In this document: positions 11,277 to 20,104 of the stretch, piece after piece
Numbering within the stretch: the stretch's first letter is position 1
Layout: every line of letters begins with the position of its first letter
NCBI GenBank assembly: GCA_963817955.1
Contig: CAWFQK010000009.1
Location: forward strand, 64,001-128,000
Source of the DNA: an uncultured Gemmatimonadaceae bacterium
Lineage (GTDB): Bacteria > Gemmatimonadota > Gemmatimonadetes > Gemmatimonadales > Gemmatimonadaceae
Length of the DNA stretch: 64,000 nucleotides
Direction of reading: 5' to 3'
Notes under the pieces: model-generated
Told to the model about the DNA's origin: nothing
Database searches by the model: none
Seen by the model: only the letters and a program-made list of their open reading frames with translations
Made by a program: the position numbers and the translations under genes

Positions 11277-11408
11277 TCTGCATTTCCGCAGGTCGTTGCA
11301 TTAGCGCAACAGACTGAAGCGTTCATGCGACGGAAAGCGTCGCCGACGGCACGACCCATGACGGCACCAAGCCTCGCATATTGAGAACGTCAGCAACGGG
11401 AGTGCCTG

Positions 11409-12599
11409 ATGGCCGGCAAGACGCGAACGATCGCAATTCTGACGGGTGGCGGCGATGTCCCGGGTCTCAACCCTGCAATTCGCGCCATCACGATCCGTGC
11501 ACTGCGCGAAGGGAATCGTGTCATCGGGATTCGGCGCGGATGGGCGGGCCTCGTGGATTACGTGCGCGACACGGGTGCGGACAATAGCGAGAACGTTCGC
11601 GATCTGTCGGAAGCGATCGTCAACCGCGCGGGACGCACTGGCGGGACGTTTCTGCACACGTCACGCACGCGGCCGAGCCACTTGCCGCGCGCTCGCGTGC
11701 CACAGCACATGACGGGGTACACGAACGAGATCAACGACGTCACGGTGGACGTGCTCAAGAATCTCGAGCACATCGGCGTCGACGTGTTGATTCCGATCGG
11801 TGGCGATGACACCCTCAGCTACGCCAAGCGGCTGCATGACGAGGGCGTGCACGTCGTCGCCATTCCGAAGACGATGGACAACGATGTCTACGGCACCGAC
11901 TACTGCATCGGATTCAGCACGTGCGTCACGCGCACGATCGAGTTGACGCACACCCTGCGCACATCGGCCGGATCACATGAGCGTTTTCTGGTGATCGAAG
12001 TGTTCGGCCGGTACGCGGGCTTCACCGCACTGCTCCCGACCATGGCGGGTGCAGCCGACCGTTGCGTCATCCCCGAGTACCCGGTGGACGTCGAGCATCT
12101 GTCGGAACTGATGACGTATGACCGCAACCGACACCCGAGCCACTATTCGGTTGTGCTCGTATCGGAGGGAGCGGGGCTCACGACGCAGCAGGGGATGAGC
12201 TTCGAGGGCGAGGAAAAGGACATGTTCGGGCATCGGAAGCTCGGCGGTATCGGTGACAAAGTCGCCGCGGCGCTCAAGGAGTACTCGCCGAAATTCAACA
12301 ATGGCCGTCGCATTGACGTGGTCAATCAGCGGCTCGGCTACCTCGTCCGCTCGGGCGATCCGGACGCGCTCGACTCCATCGTACCAATGGTGTTCGGCAA
12401 CCTCGCGTTGGATCTGATTCTCAAGAAGCAGTACGGGCGTCTGGTCAGCATCCACCGTGGTTTTTACGACAGCGTGCCCATCCAGAGCGTGACGTCGGAG
12501 AAGAAGGTGGTGAACGTGCCGAAGTACTACAGCACCGAGCGGCTGCGGCCGATCTATGAGTTCGAGGGTGCGCCGCTGTTCGTCATGACGAGCGACTGA
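11409..12599 (+). CDS. pfkA: 6-phosphofructokinase, likely PPi-dependent
   Basis: TGGGDVPGLN, GGTFLHTSR, IGGDDT, PKTMDND, EVFGRYAG, LGYLVRSG. Confidence 0.9.
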   Translation: MAGKTRTIAILTGGGDVPGLNPAIRAITIRALREGNRVIGIRRGWAGLVDYVRDTGADNSENVRDLSEAIVNRAGRTGGTFLHTSRTRPSHLPRARVPQHMTGYTNEINDVTVDVLKNLEHIGVDVLIPIGGDDTLSYAKRLHDEGVHVVAIPKTMDNDVYGTDYCIGFSTCVTRTIELTHTLRTSAGSHERFLVIEVFGRYAGFTALLPTMAGAADRCVIPEYPVDVEHLSELMTYDRNRHPSHYSVVLVSEGAGLTTQQGMSFEGEEKDMFGHRKLGGIGDKVAAALKEYSPKFNNGRRIDVVNQRLGYLVRSGDPDALDSIVPMVFGNLALDLILKKQYGRLVSIHRGFYDSVPIQSVTSEKKVVNVPKYYSTERLRPIYEFEGAPLFVMTSD

Positions 12600-12649
12600 T
12601 ACCGGTCGTGGGTTGCGCCGCCGGTGACCCGCCCGTACGTTGAAAAACG

Positions 12650-12730
12650 ATGGTCAATCGCGCGGCCGCCCACCCCTTCTTTTTTAGCAGCTTTCGGAGT
12701 TCCGGGAGCCGCTGGCGTGTGCACATCTAA
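12650..12730 (+). CDS. Phe-rich attenuator leader peptide MVNRAAAHPFFFSSFRSSGSRWRVHI (pheL-like)
   Basis: 26-codon ORF with TTC-TTT-TTT plus another TTT, directly upstream of a terminator and pheA. Too short for the ORF track. Confidence 0.8.
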   Translation: MVNRAAAHPFFFSSFRSSGSRWRVHI

Positions 12731-12757
12731 GTAGCTGAAATCCAAACGCCTCCAGAC

Positions 12758-12785
12758 GCTCCCGAAGAACTTCGGGAGCTTTTTT
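12758..12785 (+). terminator. Intrinsic terminator of the pheA attenuator
   Basis: Stem GCTCCCGAAG/CTTCGGGAGC followed by TTTTTT, 27 nt before the pheA ATG. The 5' arm can pair alternatively with CGGGAGC at 12703-12709. Confidence 0.85.
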
Positions 12786-12812
12786 GTATTCCCAAATCCG
12801 GATTTCCGTCCT

Positions 12813-13493
12813 ATGACTGCGTATCATCCCGGCAGCCTGGCCGCGGCGCCACGTTCCGCGGACGAGCCCGCCTTCCTCCCGCGCGTCGGATATCAGGGGG
12901 TCGCGGGCGCTTTCGGCGAAGACGCCGTTTGCCGCCGCTGGCAGGGTCGTGCACAGCCGCACCCTATGCGTACCTTCGGCGGCGTTCTCGATGCGCTGTC
13001 GAGCGGCGACGTCGAGTGGGCGGTCGTTCCGGTGTGGAATTCCGCCATCGGGCGCATCGCTTCGGCGTGGGACGCGCTCGATGAGCACGCCGAGGCCATC
13101 GTTTGCGTCGATGAGATCGACATGCCCGTGCAGCATTGCTTGCTCGCGCTTCCTGGATCGTCGATCGAAGACATCCGTTACGTGGGCAGTCACCCGGCGG
13201 CGCTCGCGCAGTGTGCCCAGTTGTTCGACGAACGCCGCGGCCTGATCGCCTGCGACGCATTCGATACGGCCGGCGCCGCGCTCGAGTTGTCGCGTCATGT
13301 CGATCGGGCATCGTTCGCCGAGCCGTGGTACGCCTGCCTGGAGGTCGACGGGCCTTCGCGTCTCGCAGTGATTGCCAGCGAGAGTGCTGCCCGCTGCTAT
13401 GGGTTGGCGGTTCTCGAACGGAGCGTGCAGGACGACGCGGAGAACGTCACGCGCTTCGCGGTCATTCGGGCCAGGGCAGGGACGCCATGTTGA
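12813..13493 (+). CDS. pheA: Prephenate dehydratase, catalytic domain only (no ACT domain)
   Basis: VGYQGVAGAFGEDA, VPVWNSAIG, SHPAALAQC, DTAGAA, QDDAENVTRFAVI, then stop. Confidence 0.85.
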   Translation: MTAYHPGSLAAAPRSADEPAFLPRVGYQGVAGAFGEDAVCRRWQGRAQPHPMRTFGGVLDALSSGDVEWAVVPVWNSAIGRIASAWDALDEHAEAIVCVDEIDMPVQHCLLALPGSSIEDIRYVGSHPAALAQCAQLFDERRGLIACDAFDTAGAALELSRHVDRASFAEPWYACLEVDGPSRLAVIASESAARCYGLAVLERSVQDDAENVTRFAVIRARAGTPC

Positions 13494-14677
13494 CCATTCG
13501 TCGTCACGTTGAGCCAGCGACGTCGGTGCTCTCGTTCGTTGCGGCCGCACGTTCCCTGGAGGAGCAGGGGAATCGAGTTGCCCGACTCGACATCGGCGAG
13601 CCACACTTCGCGACGGCCCCTCACATCATCGAGGCCGCCGCCGCGGCGATGCGAAACGGGCGCACGAAGTACGTGGCGCCGCAAGGCTTGCCGCTGCTTC
13701 GTCAGGCGATCGCGGAGTTCGCGGCCGTGCGCGGCCTGGATGCGTCGGCGCACGAAGTCGTCGTGTCGTCCGGCGTCAAACCGATGTTGGCGTATGTGCT
13801 GCTTGCCCTCGTGCAGCGGGGCGACGACGTGCTCGTTCCGGAGAGCGGGTACGCCGGCTATGCGGCGGCCGCACGATTGGCTGGAGCGTCCGCGCGAGGC
13901 TACCCGGTGGTTCCCTGCGGGGACGCCGTCCGTATTGATCTCGACGCGCTCGAGCGTTCGATCACGCCGGCAACACGCGTGCTCGTGCTCAATTCGCCGC
14001 ATAATCCCAGCGGTATGATCATCGATCGAGTGACGGTGTTCCGGCTCGCCGAAATCGCCGAGCAACACGATTTATGGATTGTGAGCGATGAGATCTATCA
14101 TGCGCTGACCTACGATGGCGGACCAGCGACGAGCATCGCGAGCGTGCCGGGAATGCGGCGGCGCACGATCGTGGTGGATGGATTCTCGAAGGCGTACGCC
14201 ATGACCGGTTGGCGGCTCGGGTTCGCTATTCTGCCGCCCGCGCTCGTCGCGACCATCACGAGCATCGTGGCCGATGCAGCGACGTGCACGCCGTCCTTCG
14301 TGCAGCATGCGGGCGTCGCGGCGTTGACGGGGCCGCAGGACTCCGTATACGACATGCGGCGCACGTACCGTGAGAATCGAGACCTGCTGGTTGGTCGGCT
14401 GCGCGCCATGCCGGGCGTTCGCATCGTGGCGCCTGCGGGGGCGCTCTACGCGTTCGCCGACGTCACGGACGTGATGAACAGGATGGGGACGACTTCGAGC
14501 GCCGCTGCCGCGATGGATCTCCTCGAACGCTATCGAGTCGCGTGCGTGCCGGGCACGGCCTTCGGGCCATGCGGAGCGGGGTACCTGCGCCTGTCCTTCG
14601 CCATTGCTGCCGATCAATTGGCGGGCGCAATTCTCTGCCTGGAGCAGTGGGCGCGGGACACGGGACATGAGATATGA
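13487..14677 (+). CDS. PLP-dependent class I/II aminotransferase (aspartate/aromatic/prephenate type)
   Basis: LDIGEPHF, NSPHNPSG, SDEIY, DGFSKAYAMTGWRLG, YLRLSFA; overlaps the pheA stop. Confidence 0.9.
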   Translation: MLTIRRHVEPATSVLSFVAAARSLEEQGNRVARLDIGEPHFATAPHIIEAAAAAMRNGRTKYVAPQGLPLLRQAIAEFAAVRGLDASAHEVVVSSGVKPMLAYVLLALVQRGDDVLVPESGYAGYAAAARLAGASARGYPVVPCGDAVRIDLDALERSITPATRVLVLNSPHNPSGMIIDRVTVFRLAEIAEQHDLWIVSDEIYHALTYDGGPATSIASVPGMRRRTIVVDGFSKAYAMTGWRLGFAILPPALVATITSIVADAATCTPSFVQHAGVAALTGPQDSVYDMRRTYRENRDLLVGRLRAMPGVRIVAPAGALYAFADVTDVMNRMGTTSSAAAAMDLLERYRVACVPGTAFGPCGAGYLRLSFAIAADQLAGAILCLEQWARDTGHEI

Positions 14678-14681
14678 GACA
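14654..14681 (+). repeat. Heptamer tandem repeat, degenerate
   Basis: CGGGACA CGGGACA TGAGATA TGAGACA spanning the aminotransferase stop. Confidence 0.6.
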
Positions 14682-14793
14682 ACGGGTGTCTGACAAAGAA
14701 CTATTAGCAGGGCAGGCAGCTCAGCCGGAGTAACTTTCTTCTGCATGGCGCCCGCCGCTGCACGCACCTCCCACCCGCGAACCGCCGGATACC

Positions 14794-16584
14794 GTGCCTC
14801 ACCATCATCTCGTCATCGCATGCGTACTGGGCGTGAGTTTCGCCGAGATCGCTGGCGCGCAGGCAGGTCCCGCGGTGGTCGATACCGTAGTGATCGTCGC
14901 GTCGCGAACGCACACCGGCGACAGCGGCAGGAGCGTCGACGTCATTTCGCGCGCGGACATTGCACGATCCGGGGCGCGGACGATCGCCGACGTGCTTGCC
15001 CAAGCGATGGACGTCGACGTCTCGCCCCGTTCATCCGCGCAGGCCGACGTTTCCATCCGTGGTAGCTCCGCCGAGCAAGTGGTGATTCTCGTTGACGGCG
15101 TTCGCATGTCGGATGTGCAATCCGCGCACTATGCAATGGATCTCGCGGTGCCGCTGGCGTCGGTCGAGCGGGTCGAAATCCTGCGCGGTGCGGGCTCGGC
15201 GCTCTATGGACCTGACGCGATTGGAGGCGTCATCAACATCGTGACGCGGCGAGATGCGCCATCGGTCGTGGGGGTGCGCGGCGGGAGCTTCGGTACCGTC
15301 GGCGGCTCCGTCGTCACCTCGTCCAAGGCGGATGGAGTCTCGATCGTGTCCAGTGCAGATTATGAGAAATCTGACGGGCATCGTGACGGAAGTGACTACC
15401 GTGACGGCCAGGGACGGGTGTCGCTTCTCGTGCCGACGGCGCGGGGGCTGATGCGGACCAATGTTGGCCTCGGCGTGCGCGACTTTGGCGCGGCTGACTT
15501 CTATGCGCCCTATAATTCGGTAGAACGTACGGCGACGACGACCGTGGACTCTCGTTGGGAAGGTGGAGTTGGGCCGTGGTCGGTGTCGCTTGGTGGCAAT
15601 ACGCGACGGCACCAGGATCACTACGTCTTGGTTCGCGGCGATCCGGCCCTGTATGAGAACCGACATGAGAGCTGGCAATCGGGCGGCGACGTCACCGCCC
15701 GGTCGATGGCGGGTCCGCTCGCCCTCGCGATCGGCGCCGAAGGCGTGCACGACCAGTTGTCCAGCGCGCGGCTTGGCGGCCGGCGCGAGTCGAGGCTTGG
15801 TGCGTTCGCCGAAGGCAGTCTTGGGTCAGCCTCCTCGGCCGAGGCGGATTTTGGGGTTCGTGGCGACCGCTCCTCCGCGTACGGAGCATTCTTTTCGCCA
15901 TCGCTGAGTGCGACCGCGCGCCTCAGCGACTGGCTGCAGCTGCGAACGAGCGGAGCCGGGGGTTTTCGCGCGCCCACATGGACCGAGCGTTACTACATAG
16001 ATCCATCGAATATCGGCGACCCGAATCTGCGGCCGGAGCGTTTCTGGACGGCCGACGCAGGCGCGCGCATCACGGCCTCTCGCCTGTCGGTGGACGTCGC
16101 GGCATTCAGGCGGCGCGCGACGAATCTCATCGATTGGGTACGACCTGCCGGCGCACCGAGCAGCATACCCTGGCAAACGATGAACGTCGGAGACGCGACG
16201 TACGACGGTCTCGAGCTGACGGCCAATCTCCCGCCGATCGCCGGAGTCGCCTACTCCGCCTTTGGCACCGGTCTCAAACTCGAGGCGTCTCCGGGTGATG
16301 CGCTGGTGGGGAAGTACGCGCTTCGTCCTATCACTCGGCAGATTGGACTCCGGGCGGCGCTCGCGCGGAGTGGACCACTCGACGCGCGGATCGACTTGTT
16401 GCACGCTCAGCGCGCGGGCGAGCGTGGATATGTCACGGGGAACGCGCGCCTCGCATGGGCCCGTGCCTCGTACCGTATCACGGCCGATGTCATGAACCTG
16501 ACGGACGCAGAATGGCTCGATGCGTCCGGAAAGATCGTCGCGAGCCGGGGCGTCTATATCGGTTTGGAGCGCGCGCTACCGTGA
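14794..16584 (+). CDS. TonB-dependent receptor (small, BtuB-like fold)
   Basis: Signal peptide, DTVVIVASR TonB box, plug motifs VILVDGVR and VERVEILRGAGSALYGPDAIGGVINIVTR, GFRAPT, NLRPE. Confidence 0.9.
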   Translation: MPHHHLVIACVLGVSFAEIAGAQAGPAVVDTVVIVASRTHTGDSGRSVDVISRADIARSGARTIADVLAQAMDVDVSPRSSAQADVSIRGSSAEQVVILVDGVRMSDVQSAHYAMDLAVPLASVERVEILRGAGSALYGPDAIGGVINIVTRRDAPSVVGVRGGSFGTVGGSVVTSSKADGVSIVSSADYEKSDGHRDGSDYRDGQGRVSLLVPTARGLMRTNVGLGVRDFGAADFYAPYNSVERTATTTVDSRWEGGVGPWSVSLGGNTRRHQDHYVLVRGDPALYENRHESWQSGGDVTARSMAGPLALAIGAEGVHDQLSSARLGGRRESRLGAFAEGSLGSASSAEADFGVRGDRSSAYGAFFSPSLSATARLSDWLQLRTSGAGGFRAPTWTERYYIDPSNIGDPNLRPERFWTADAGARITASRLSVDVAAFRRRATNLIDWVRPAGAPSSIPWQTMNVGDATYDGLELTANLPPIAGVAYSAFGTGLKLEASPGDALVGKYALRPITRQIGLRAALARSGPLDARIDLLHAQRAGERGYVTGNARLAWARASYRITADVMNLTDAEWLDASGKIVASRGVYIGLERALP

Positions 16585-16616
16585 GTACGAGGGCACGGCA
16601 ATAGCGTCAATCGGCG

Positions 16617-16665
16617 TGACAGGATATGACAAGAGTTGACACAAGCGCTCAGGAACGGCTAGAAT
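16617..16665 (+). promoter_or_regulatory. Promoter TTGACA-N18-TAGAAT with three TGACA direct repeats at 10-bp period
   Basis: TGACA at 16617, 16627 and 16637; the third lies in the -35 (16636-16641); TAGAAT at 16660-16665. Confidence 0.7.
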
Positions 16666-16682
16666 AACCACGCCTCCCTGTC

Positions 16683-17405
16683 TTGTGTCGATTGCCAGAC
16701 CTCCTGAGCCCCAAACAACTCGCCGAGTACCTCCAACTCTCGCAACGGACGATCTACCGTCTGTTGGAGCGTGGTGGCATTCCAGCCGTCAAGGTCGGCG
16801 GCCAGTGGCGCTTTCGAAAAGCCGCCGTCGACGAGTGGCTCGATGTCAGCATGCAGCGTCTCGATGTCGCGTCGCTGCGGGTACTCGAGGACGATGTCGA
16901 GCACCGCATGCCGCCGCCGCCGCTCGCCGATCTCCTGGATCCGACCAACGCGCGAATCGTCGTACCGGTGACTGGTGCGGCCGAGCGGGCCGATGTCGTT
17001 CGTTCGTTCATCGCGCAGGTTCACTTTCCCGAGCCGGTCTCGCCGGACCTTGTCGCCGATCGGGTGCTCGAGCGCGAGGAAATGTGCAGCACGGCTCTCA
17101 CCGACGGCGTTGCGCTGTTACACACACCGCGCAGCCGGCCGCGTGTGCTCGCGTCGCATGACCTGATCGCGATCGGACGCCTGCAGGCGCCAATTGATTT
17201 CAGCGCGATCGACGGCAGTCCGACTGACACATTCATTCTCCTGCTCGCCCGCAGCGAACGCGATCAGCTCGCCCTGCTCGCCAAACTCGCGCGCCTGTGC
17301 CGCGAGCCGGGTTTTCTCGCGGCTCTGCACGATGCGCACGGCGCGAACGACGCGTTGGCGCTGATCCGCACCACCGAACACCGTCTTTTCTCGGGCGCGC
17401 GCTGA
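16683..17405 (+). CDS. Excisionase-like HTH + PTS EIIA-domain regulator (copy 1)
   Basis: LLSPKQLAEYLQLSQRTIYRL..GIPAVKVGGQWRF; C-terminal REEMCSTALTDGVALLH, IDFSAIDG. Confidence 0.9.
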   Translation: MCRLPDLLSPKQLAEYLQLSQRTIYRLLERGGIPAVKVGGQWRFRKAAVDEWLDVSMQRLDVASLRVLEDDVEHRMPPPPLADLLDPTNARIVVPVTGAAERADVVRSFIAQVHFPEPVSPDLVADRVLEREEMCSTALTDGVALLHTPRSRPRVLASHDLIAIGRLQAPIDFSAIDGSPTDTFILLLARSERDQLALLAKLARLCREPGFLAALHDAHGANDALALIRTTEHRLFSGAR

Positions 17406-17420
17406 CGGCGCGCCGTACTC

Positions 17421-18140
17421 ATGCATCTGACTCTCCGACAAGCTGCTTCTTACCTGAACGTGACCGAGCGGACGGTTCGCAAATGGATCACGACGCGCGG
17501 ACTGCCTGCTCATCTGATCAACGAGCGCCTGCACTGCAACGCAATCGAGTTGTGGGAATGGGCCGTGGAAAACGGTATCGCGGTCTCAAAGGGATTGCTC
17601 GAACAGGCGCGCGGTGCGCCGGACGAGATTCCGCCGCTGTCACAATTGCTTGCGATGGGTGGCATTCACCGTGACGTCGGCGGCGGCGCGAAGTCGGACG
17701 TGCTGCGTGGGCTCGTCGGCGTGTTGCCGCTGCCGGCGGAGGTCGACCGGGAATTTCTCGTGACGGTGCTCGAGGCCCGTGAGGCGATGGGGTCGACGGG
17801 GATCGGCGATGGCATCGCGATTCCGCACGTACGCAATCCGATTCTGCTACACGTCGACCATCCATTCATCGCGCTGGCACTGCTCCGGCACCCCGTGGAG
17901 TTTGATGCGCTCGACGGAAAACCGGTCCATGCGTTATTCGCCGTCGTCAGCCCGAATGTGCCGGCGCACCTTCGCATACTCTCGCAGCTTGGCTACGCGC
18001 TGCGTGATCCAGAGCTCAGAGGACTGCTGCGCAGCGCGGCGCCCAGCGCCGCAATCCTGGCGCGCGTCGTCGCGCTCGAGTCGTCGGCAGGGGCATCGAG
18101 TCGGGCGGCGGCGACGGTCCCTGCCGTGAGGAACGGGTGA
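17421..18140 (+). CDS. Excisionase-like HTH + PTS EIIA-domain regulator (copy 2)
   Basis: LTLRQAASYLNVTERTVRKWI; REAMGSTGIGDGIAIPHVRNP, VEFDALDGKPV, HLRILSQL. Confidence 0.9.
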   Translation: MHLTLRQAASYLNVTERTVRKWITTRGLPAHLINERLHCNAIELWEWAVENGIAVSKGLLEQARGAPDEIPPLSQLLAMGGIHRDVGGGAKSDVLRGLVGVLPLPAEVDREFLVTVLEAREAMGSTGIGDGIAIPHVRNPILLHVDHPFIALALLRHPVEFDALDGKPVHALFAVVSPNVPAHLRILSQLGYALRDPELRGLLRSAAPSAAILARVVALESSAGASSRAAATVPAVRNG

Positions 18141-20104
18141 ACGCACTCGGTGTCGCGCTCCTCGCATGGGGACTTAGTGCGGTGGCGGCGCTCTCGGCGC
18201 GGCGATGGCAGGGTGCACCCGCGGTGGGCGCGGCGGGCGCGGTGATCGGCGGCATTGCCGCTGCCGCTTCCGCCATTGGCGCGCTGAGTACCGGGGTATC
18301 GGAACACTGGACGACGCCATGGACCCTGCCGGGTGGCGCACTCTCGTTTCGCCTCGACGCGCTTGCCTCGGTCTTTCTCCTGCCGATCGCGGTCGTTGGT
18401 GCGCTCTGCGCGGTTTACGGCGTTGCCTACCTCCGGCAGCACGCGCATGGTCGTCCAATGGGGGGATCGTTCGCCGCGTACAATCTTCTGCTCGTCAGCA
18501 TGGCGGTCGTCGTCACAGCGGACGATGTGCTGCTGCTCCTGGTCGCCTGGGAGTTGATGACGCTGAGTTCGTGGGCACTCGTGGTGAGCGACCACGACGC
18601 ACCGGCAGTGCGCGCGGCGGGGTTGCAGTATCTCATCGCCGGGCATCTCGCGACGGTGGCGCTCCTGTTGCTCGGCGTTCTGCTCGCGAGCGCGAGCGGC
18701 ACATTTGCGATCTCTGCTCTCGCGGCGCCAGCAGCGATGACGGCCCGCGCTGCGTTGCCGGCTGGGTTGCTGTTCCTTCTGGCCCTCGTTGGGTTCGGCA
18801 CCAAGGCCGGCATCGTACCGATGCATGTGTGGTTACCGGATGCACATCCTGCGGCTCCGTCGCACGTATCGGCGCTGATGTCGGCGGTGATGATCACGAT
18901 GGGCTTCTACGGGTTCGCGCGCTTTGTTCCACTTCTTGGAGATCCATCGCCGTGGTGGGCGTACCTCCTGATGACCCTCGGCGCGGCCGGTGCCATCGGA
19001 GGCATCGTGTTCGGCATCGCGCAGCGCGATGTGAAGCGAACGCTTGCGTATTCGACGGTGGAGAACGCCGGCATCATCACGATGGCCATGGGTCTGGGCG
19101 TGCTCGGCACCTCGCTTCATGCGCCGTTGCTCGCCGGGCTCGCGTGGACGGCGGCGCTGCTGCACCTCTGGAATCACGCGTTGGCCAAAGCACTGCTCTT
19201 TCTTGGTTTCGGGGCCATTGCGCAGAGCGTCGGCAGCCGAAGCCTCGATGCAATGGGCGGGCTGCTGCGCAAATGGCCCACAGTAGGCGGCCTGCTCGTC
19301 ATCGGTGCCGTGGCGATCGCGTCGCTGCCCGGCCTCAACGTCTTTGCGAGCGAGTGGCTGCTCTTGCGCGCGCTGTTTGCCGGTGTGACCACGTTGACTG
19401 GTGGGTCGCAGATCGCACTGCTCGGCGGCGTCGTTGCGCTCGCGCTCACCGGTGCGATCAGCGTCGCGTGCTTCACACGGCTTGTCGGACTCGGACTGCT
19501 CGGCACACCGCGAAGCGCGGCAGTCGAGGCAGCGCCGGAGCCGGGATGGACGATGCGCGGGCCGCTCCTCGTGCTCGGCGGCAGCTGCATCGGGATCGCG
19601 GCGGTGCCGGCGCGTGTGACTGCTGCTCTCACTGACGCGGTGCACATTGTTGCGCCGAGTGCCGACGTCAGTATCGTTGCCGAAATCCTCCAGCCGCTGG
19701 CGGTGCTGCTTCCGCTGCTGATCGGGGCGATCGTGGTGCTCGTCGCGCTGCGCGAGCTCGCCGTACGACATGCGCTGCGACGTGATGGTGCAACGTGGGG
19801 GTGCGGGTATCCCGAACCGACCGCCCGTATGCAATACACGTCTACGTCCTTTGGCGAGCCGCTGACTCGCGTGTTTCAGCCGATGCTGCGCACCGACTCG
19901 CGCGCAACGACGACCGCGTGGTGGTCGGAGACTCCTGACCGCGTTCTGATGCAACTCTACATGCCGATGGTCGATGCCGTTCGACGGGCGGGGCAGAGAA
20001 TCCGGTCCCTGCATTCGCCGCGTGTCACACGCTCGCTGTTCTATGTGGTCGCGACCGTACTCGTTCTCATTGCGCTCCTCTTCCGCCCGGGGGGTGGACG
20101 GTGA
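18137..20104 (+). CDS. Ehr/hydrogenase-4 antiporter-like membrane subunit (HyfB/NuoL family), copy 1
   Basis: Multi-TM; AWELMTLSS, GFGTKAGIVPMHVWLPDAHPAAPSHVSALMS, LAYSTVEN, TWGCGY. Confidence 0.9.
   Translation: MNALGVALLAWGLSAVAALSARRWQGAPAVGAAGAVIGGIAAAASAIGALSTGVSEHWTTPWTLPGGALSFRLDALASVFLLPIAVVGALCAVYGVAYLRQHAHGRPMGGSFAAYNLLLVSMAVVVTADDVLLLLVAWELMTLSSWALVVSDHDAPAVRAAGLQYLIAGHLATVALLLLGVLLASASGTFAISALAAPAAMTARAALPAGLLFLLALVGFGTKAGIVPMHVWLPDAHPAAPSHVSALMSAVMITMGFYGFARFVPLLGDPSPWWAYLLMTLGAAGAIGGIVFGIAQRDVKRTLAYSTVENAGIITMAMGLGVLGTSLHAPLLAGLAWTAALLHLWNHALAKALLFLGFGAIAQSVGSRSLDAMGGLLRKWPTVGGLLVIGAVAIASLPGLNVFASEWLLLRALFAGVTTLTGGSQIALLGGVVALALTGAISVACFTRLVGLGLLGTPRSAAVEAAPEPGWTMRGPLLVLGGSCIGIAAVPARVTAALTDAVHIVAPSADVSIVAEILQPLAVLLPLLIGAIVVLVALRELAVRHALRRDGATWGCGYPEPTARMQYTSTSFGEPLTRVFQPMLRTDSRATTTAWWSETPDRVLMQLYMPMVDAVRRAGQRIRSLHSPRVTRSLFYVVATVLVLIALLFRPGGGR

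Noticed and set aside
14678..14793. Cobalamin riboswitch ahead of the TonB receptor
   Set aside because: The gap is only about 116 bp and no B12-box was recognised.
16683..18140. Prophage or ICE excisionase genes, or a sugar PTS transporter
   Set aside because: The HTH domains are fused to EIIA; there is no integrase, att site, phage gene or EIIB/EIIC.
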